Positions 58,887 to 64,000 of a DNA stretch of 64,000 nucleotides are shown here, piece after piece. The translations under genes and the position numbers were made by a program. The notes beneath the pieces were generated by a model, which had not been told where the DNA came from, did not search any database, and saw only the letters and a program-made list of their open reading frames with translations. The stretch is taken from NCBI GenBank assembly GCA_963664435.2, contig CAXXKM010000002.1, forward strand, positions 1,053,852 to 1,117,851. Direction: 5' to 3'. Source of the stretch: Longimicrobiales bacterium. Its GTDB lineage: Bacteria > Gemmatimonadota > Gemmatimonadetes > Longimicrobiales > Gaopeijiaceae. How positions within the stretch are numbered: the first letter of the stretch is position 1; the number at the start of each line of letters is the position of its first letter.

Positions 58887-61168
58887 GCTTCAAATACCCT
58901 CGCCAGTCGGTCGATCTGCGCTTCCAACGCAGGGGAAGTGTCCGGTGACGGTACATGATCTGCTAACTCCGCGTCTCCCCTTCGCCTCAGAAACCGAGCT
59001 AACCCGGCCGTATCTGACTCGACGGCAGCTGCCAGTCGCGACAACAGCTCCTGCCCAAGTCCCTTCAGACCCGTCATCTCCCTTAACAGCAGGTCACCGG
59101 CCAGAGCATCGACCTGCTTCTTGGCAACCAGACGAACATCCACCGATCGCGCTTCGCGATGGAAGGTGACCCGGAGGCGATCACCGACCTTGCCACCCAG
59201 CGCCTCCGCGTGGATGCGAAGTGACCCAATCGTAGGCCCGCTGATCGAGGTATCCGGCCAGGACAGACGGACAGCCGCAGCGTCAGCCTCGTAGGCCCTA
59301 CTATCGCCAGGCATTACAGCTAGTAGCCCTGCCACCTCCTCTGCGACGGATCGTCCACTGCCTCGTAGAAGATCATGATCGATGTCGATCAAGACTGAGA
59401 CCTCATTGTCCGAGCGCTTGAACACTCCGCACGCTCGCGACAGATCGGTGCTCACGGGGAAAGGATCATCGTCGCGGCGGTGCCGGACCAATCCATGCTC
59501 GACGACGAAACGAGGAGCGTTACAGAGGGCAATCACGGAGCTCTCAGCGACACCCCATGCGACAGATAGTCGAGCGGCTAGCTCATCGATACGCAGCGAT
59601 GGACCGTTCTGGGACAGCTCTTCAGAAATGATCGACGCGATGCCTGCGTACTCGGGGAGCCCCCACGCTCGCAAGCCCCACTTTGACCGCTCGATACGAA
59701 CGAACTCCTCACGTGATGAGAGTACGGCCCTAAGGGATCGTATACCGACTTCGGGTCCAAGGTCCGCGAGTAGCTCGTCAGGACTGAGGGGAGCCTGCCG
59801 CAATCGCATCAGCGACAGGACGCGTCCACCAATTGTTCGCGGCCATTCGATCACGCTACGCCGGAGATCTCGCATCCCAGACTTGTGGGTGAGCCACGCA
59901 GCGAAAATACGGGGACGCAATCCCGCCTCGCACATCACTTCGCGCGCCGTATCGAACCCGATCGAGCCAACTCTCTTGGCTTCTTGCATGAGTCGGACTA
60001 GCGCGGCTTCGAGCTTCTCGGCGTCGGTGACTAGCCAACCATGGGCTAGCTTGTATGGTCCGGCCAGCCGGAGGATCACGGCACGGACAATGTCGGCTTC
60101 AACGTGCGACCGAAGTTGGCCAGCGGAGAGCAATGCCTCCGTTGGTTCATCACCCAACGGGATCGCCACCCCCGCGACCCGCCGGACCTTATGGACCCTC
60201 CAGAGTACAGGCTCCCATGCTTTGGTTCGGGGAAGTCGTTCCAGATCTTCGATCAAACGGCCTTCGACCTGTCGAATCCGCTCGCGTGATACACCGAACT
60301 CGGAGGCGATGTCCTGGAGCGTCCTGGCTCCCGAAAACACAAGGGTCCGAGACGACAGGATGACCTGTCGTCTCTTGTCGAGCGATCGGTACCAATCGAG
60401 GATCGCGGCGAGAGGATCGGAAGCGTTCGATGTGGCGATCCTTGAACGAACCGCTCCATGCCACAGCCGTGCTAGGTCTGGAGGAAGTCCGTCAGATTCA
60501 CGCGTTGCGTCTAGCAACTCGGCCACTGTCTTGATCCCGCCCTCTGTGCTGGCCCACCGACATAGCTGTTCTAAGGATCTGTGCACCTCCTCTGGTACAT
60601 TCGACACCGGTTCGAGCTGCGGGTCTTGTCTCTTTTCCTCCCGAGCGTTGGTCGATCTATTCGGCGCTTCGCCGGCGGGGGCGGCGAGCGTACCTTCCGG
60701 GGACGCGACCCCTGCGGCTTCAGCGACGCACATCAGTTCCAACAGCGAAGTCATCCCGAAGTTTGGGATGGCGAGGAGGTCGTCCACGGACACATGGCCC
60801 GTTAGATGCAGGAACCCGCTCCTGACCAAGGCATTCGTTGTTCGCACGCTTAGTGGACCCAAGAGTTCGGCTCGGTCGATTTCGGCAGGTATGACAACTA
60901 GGGACGAGGGCGGGGGATTGGTGTTCGCGATGTGTAGCAATGAACGCCGGATCGGATCGTCGATCGGTTGCAATCTGCCGTTCCAGAATGTCGAAAGGTC
61001 GCCTATCTTATTCACCGCTGGATTACCCGCACGGATTTTTCGGGATACCGGCACGTTGGGAAGGTTGTCGCGATACCAGCGTGGCAGCAGCGGCGTAGGA
61101 GGACTACCCCACGGCGCCACTTCGAGGCGCGCTTGCCCGGAGTCAATCTCGTGGGGGATGTGGTTCAC
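58883..61168 (-). CDS. mosaic protein: RNAP alpha-CTD-like + sigma70 region 4 + winged-HTH domains
   Basis: LSVRTTNALVRSG..LLAIPNFGMTSL; TLQDIASEFGVSRERIRQVE; FVRIERSKWGLRAWG; GTGA overlaps at both ends. Confidence 0.8.
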   Translation of the reverse strand: MNHIPHEIDSGQARLEVAPWGSPPTPLLPRWYRDNLPNVPVSRKIRAGNPAVNKIGDLSTFWNGRLQPIDDPIRRSLLHIANTNPPPSSLVVIPAEIDRAELLGPLSVRTTNALVRSGFLHLTGHVSVDDLLAIPNFGMTSLLELMCVAEAAGVASPEGTLAAPAGEAPNRSTNAREEKRQDPQLEPVSNVPEEVHRSLEQLCRWASTEGGIKTVAELLDATRESDGLPPDLARLWHGAVRSRIATSNASDPLAAILDWYRSLDKRRQVILSSRTLVFSGARTLQDIASEFGVSRERIRQVEGRLIEDLERLPRTKAWEPVLWRVHKVRRVAGVAIPLGDEPTEALLSAGQLRSHVEADIVRAVILRLAGPYKLAHGWLVTDAEKLEAALVRLMQEAKRVGSIGFDTAREVMCEAGLRPRIFAAWLTHKSGMRDLRRSVIEWPRTIGGRVLSLMRLRQAPLSPDELLADLGPEVGIRSLRAVLSSREEFVRIERSKWGLRAWGLPEYAGIASIISEELSQNGPSLRIDELAARLSVAWGVAESSVIALCNAPRFVVEHGLVRHRRDDDPFPVSTDLSRACGVFKRSDNEVSVLIDIDHDLLRGSGRSVAEEVAGLLAVMPGDSRAYEADAAAVRLSWPDTSISGPTIGSLRIHAEALGGKVGDRLRVTFHREARSVDVRLVAKKQVDALAGDLLLREMTGLKGLGQELLSRLAAAVESDTAGLARFLRRRGDAELADHVPSPDTSPALEAQIDRLARVFEA

Positions 61169-62013
61169 AGGGCACAGACGGTGCAAGGGGTTGTATCGTC
61201 ATCCTCTTCAAGGGCATCGGCGAGAACCTCGATAAGAGGGAGGTCGGCCTGGCGAGTTGCCGCGCGCGACATGGCGGCTTCGTGGCGGGCCACAATCTCG
61301 TCTCGGCGTGAGCGGAGCTGAACCAGTGTTTCGCCACCAGACCAGGTGTACTGCCTCCCTCGCATTGCACGATCGCTGAAGTCAGCCTCGCCATCTGCAC
61401 CAGCTTCGAGAAGGACCTTCTGCTCGATCGCTACGGCCCGCTCGAAGAGCTCCGGATGACGGTCGGCGAGGCCGACCCACTCCGCCTTGCGCTGGTAGAA
61501 ACAGAAGTAGCAGCCGGAGCGTGTCCGCCATTCGTAGTACTCGGGGAGACCGATGCCTGCATCCACAAGGATCCGCATCACGCCGGCACGGTCGATCCCT
61601 TCCTCAATGAAGGGAAACCGCGTCTCGATGTTCTTCTTGGTAGAGATGTAACCCTTCCGGTTAGACTCGTCGGCGCGGATCGCGACATAGGATAGCGCAG
61701 CGTCATCGCCGATCCATTCCTCGATCGGCTTGATCTTCATGTTCTTGGTGCACCATCGCATTTGCGGCGAGGGCAGGGTGCCGCGAAAGAGTTCGAACCA
61801 GTGGTCAAACCCGCGTCGGGCATTCAGGCGGGCGATGGGCTTGCCGAGGATCACCTCGAGTCTCGTCAGGTATTCGTACGTCTCCGGGAGTTCAGCGCCT
61901 GTATCGCAGAAGAAGTACTCCATATCCGGAATGCGCTCACGCATGTGGACCGCGAGGGCACTTGAGTCCTTGCCCCCGGAAATCCCGCAAATGTGCCGGA
62001 CGGGTTCAGGCAT
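61165..62013 (-). CDS. PAPS reductase family protein (SspD-like)
   Basis: SGGKDS PP-loop, DTGAELPET, RWCT, RSGCYFC, C-terminal CTVC. Confidence 0.88.
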   Translation of the reverse strand: MPEPVRHICGISGGKDSSALAVHMRERIPDMEYFFCDTGAELPETYEYLTRLEVILGKPIARLNARRGFDHWFELFRGTLPSPQMRWCTKNMKIKPIEEWIGDDAALSYVAIRADESNRKGYISTKKNIETRFPFIEEGIDRAGVMRILVDAGIGLPEYYEWRTRSGCYFCFYQRKAEWVGLADRHPELFERAVAIEQKVLLEAGADGEADFSDRAMRGRQYTWSGGETLVQLRSRRDEIVARHEAAMSRAATRQADLPLIEVLADALEEDDDTTPCTVCAL

Positions 62014-64000
62014 GTTTCTCGCTCCTGATTCTCGAGTCGGTCGCTGATTCTGGATCGTTTTGTTTGGTTCGCGGGAGCAGTCGGTCTCCGAGGCACGCGA
62101 GGAGTGTTTTCTCAGCTTGCCCCAACGAGCCCAGATTGCCCTCGAGGGTGGCAAGAGCATCTGCGAGTACCTGCTCGGCGATGGGACGGTCGGCGTCGTC
62201 AACCGCTACGAGACGGTCGTGCTCCCGGCCGTCCGGTCGAGTGATCGTGATGCGAAGCGACTGGAACGGCCCACCGCCCCGGGCGCGACCTGCGGCATGC
62301 AGTGCCACGAGGCGCTGGAATGCGGCAACCTGCACGCGGAGTTCGTGTCCGAAACGGGCGAAATCCCGGTCCGTCCATTCCGTCGGCGCCTTCTTCGACA
62401 GGACCGTCGCAATTGTACTCACCCACTCGGCGTCGTTCTTGGCGGGATCTCCCCTGAGAGCCAGCACGAAGGCCCGTACTACGGGATCGAGAACTTCGCC
62501 GTCCAGGGCGGCGGCCTGACCGCTGACGGCCAGGCGAGTCTTCTCCGCAGCGGTAAGTAGAAGGCTCGACAGAAGTTCGTCCTGCAGCTTGGCGTACCTT
62601 CCGCCCAATTCATCCATCGCGGCACCGAGGCGCTCGACGTAGGCGGCCTCCTCCTGATATCGCCGTACGTCTGGAGGGATGATCGGCAGACCGAACGATC
62701 CGGGAAGATGATCGAACACGAGTTCGTCCGGTTCCACGGCACTCACAATGGCGGCCCGGGCCGCCCGGGCGTCGGAACTCATCGCACGTGTTCGCAGCGT
62801 GAAGTTGTCGAGACGCCGGACGAGGGAAACGAGGTGCCCCGCGATTCCCAAGACGTTTGCGACCCGGTACTTTCGGAATACCGGACGCACGCCAAGCCGC
62901 CGCGCCAGAGCGTTGATCAAGCGCCTCCGAGCTCCAGAGGTGTTCGCGAAGTGCTTGATGTCGAAGTGGTAGGGATTGCGCACCATCCGCTCGGAAACCT
63001 CTGGAGCCAGCAACGGCCTGAAGGTGCCGTGCTCATAGATGGCGATCTCGTCTCGATGGGCTAGGAACGCGGCTGTCAAGAAGACCGGAACAACCCCGTA
63101 CTTCATTCCGATGGGACTCGACAAGAGCGCCGCATGGATATGCTTGAGATTCATGCGACGAGTCTTAGCGCGCGCGAACTGCTCTCCAACCACTTCCCAC
63201 GCGTGCGCTAGCGAATCCGTCGCGGCCGGCGCTCCGAAAGAGGGACGGTTTCCTCCCTTTGTGAGACGGTGGATGCCCGTTCGATGAAGGAATGCCCGGT
63301 ACATCGCAACCTCGGGGCCATACCCTTCGAGTCCCAAGTCGGGCTCGTCCCCCCGCTCGATCATCGCACTGACAAGTAGGCGTCGCGCCTTAGCACCCTG
63401 TGACGTAAGCTGTGTGCGGTTTAGCACCTCGTTTCCGATGATCGGTGTGAACTTGAAGGCCATGTCGGCTGCATGCGAGAGCGCGTGGCTACCGCGCCTC
63501 GCTGGCAACGGCGTAGTACCCCCGGGCTCCAAGAGAATCCAGCGACACGCATCGGCGCGAAACGTCTCATGCACCTCCGCCTCAAGATTGGTCTCGGCTT
63601 GGGCGAGCCACTCGGCCAGTTCGCGGCGAGCCACCCAATCCTCCGCTACGAGCGGCTCCTTTAGACTCGTCCGCACCGCCAATACCTCCCGCGCCGCCTG
63701 GTCCAGCCCTGCCACATCCCTCGGGATTGCGGCAACGATTGGCTTGGCCGAGCGCGAGCCGTCGGAGAGGCTCGGAGTCGCATGAATCGAATCAACGATC
63801 AGTAGCGCCTCACCGTCATAATGGGAGAAGGGATCGACGGGTGCGACGGGTTCCGCTGCATCCGCGTACCGTCTCTTGAAGACCCTGAGCACGTCGTTCT
63901 CGGCGCTGTGTCGCGCCGCAACCACCGGAGCCAACGGGTTGAATGCCGAAAGGACCTCTACGAGCGGCTTCCGCTGGATCCGTGCGCGAGCGCCATCAAC
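62006..64000 (-). CDS. large SspC/BrxC-like ATP-binding protein, C-terminal part (5' end outside the window)
   Basis: frame open to the window edge; NEVLNR, YGPEVAMY, PIGMKYGVVP, IAIYEHG; 8-nt overlap with the PAPS reductase; Walker motifs not visible here. Confidence 0.7.
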   Translation of the reverse strand, partial: VDGARARIQRKPLVEVLSAFNPLAPVVAARHSAENDVLRVFKRRYADAAEPVAPVDPFSHYDGEALLIVDSIHATPSLSDGSRSAKPIVAAIPRDVAGLDQAAREVLAVRTSLKEPLVAEDWVARRELAEWLAQAETNLEAEVHETFRADACRWILLEPGGTTPLPARRGSHALSHAADMAFKFTPIIGNEVLNRTQLTSQGAKARRLLVSAMIERGDEPDLGLEGYGPEVAMYRAFLHRTGIHRLTKGGNRPSFGAPAATDSLAHAWEVVGEQFARAKTRRMNLKHIHAALLSSPIGMKYGVVPVFLTAAFLAHRDEIAIYEHGTFRPLLAPEVSERMVRNPYHFDIKHFANTSGARRRLINALARRLGVRPVFRKYRVANVLGIAGHLVSLVRRLDNFTLRTRAMSSDARAARAAIVSAVEPDELVFDHLPGSFGLPIIPPDVRRYQEEAAYVERLGAAMDELGGRYAKLQDELLSSLLLTAAEKTRLAVSGQAAALDGEVLDPVVRAFVLALRGDPAKNDAEWVSTIATVLSKKAPTEWTDRDFARFGHELRVQVAAFQRLVALHAAGRARGGGPFQSLRITITRPDGREHDRLVAVDDADRPIAEQVLADALATLEGNLGSLGQAEKTLLACLGDRLLPRTKQNDPESATDSRIRSEKHA

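Larger units (their letters stand above)
30230..64000. mobile_element. composite accessory/defence island built from nested mobilisable-element remnants
   Basis: two relaxase modules, integrase fragment, repeated junction sites, pseudogenes, defence genes; visibly less GC-rich from about 46 kb; boundaries approximate. Confidence 0.65.

Noticed and set aside
58883..61168. Bona fide sigma factor or rpoA
   Set aside because: Lacks sigma region 2 and the alpha N-terminal domain; only the small DNA-contacting modules are present.
59382..61235. Long antisense or alternate-frame ORFs (also 11081-13006, 16344-18332, 35481-37109 and others)
   Set aside because: Shadows of real genes in GC-rich DNA, with low-complexity R/A/P/S composition and no motifs.
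1..64000. tRNA, rRNA or tmRNA as an integration target
   Set aside because: None recognised by eye; GGTTCGA-like hits (e.g. near 43650) lack a cloverleaf. A tRNAscan/Infernal run is needed to exclude them.

Overview
High-GC bacterial chromosome segment. Gene content (6-bladed propellers, BlaI/M56 pair, the integrase N-terminus) suggests Gemmatimonadota, but this is inference. The window has two halves. (1) 1-30 kb is core-like: hemA-hemB-HmuY, divergent from a long cluster of ferredoxin, Mrp ATPase, three proteins carrying PCP_red domains (one Usp fusion, one radical SAM), a CydA-like protein with no CydB, three c-type cytochromes, a cupredoxin-like lipoprotein and an A1-type heme-copper oxidase, then housekeeping genes. 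(2) From about 30.2 kb to the end is an accessory island. It has two different mobilisation modules (a MOBP relaxase/MobC and a ColE1-like mbeCABD) and a truncated tyrosine-integrase-like gene. Three copies of a conserved ~60-120 bp site each sit where a neighbouring gene is cut. A defence block follows: an unknown HEPN-like + large helical gene pair, a DUF262/DUF1524-Schlafen fusion, and a translationally coupled operon joining SspC/SspD-like phosphorothioation genes, an RNAP alphaCTD-sigma4-wHTH mosaic protein and a PbeABCD-like PLD-helicase/SMC-ATPase module. All family calls come from motif recognition by eye; no searches were run. Start codons were adjusted using RBS and stop/start overlaps.
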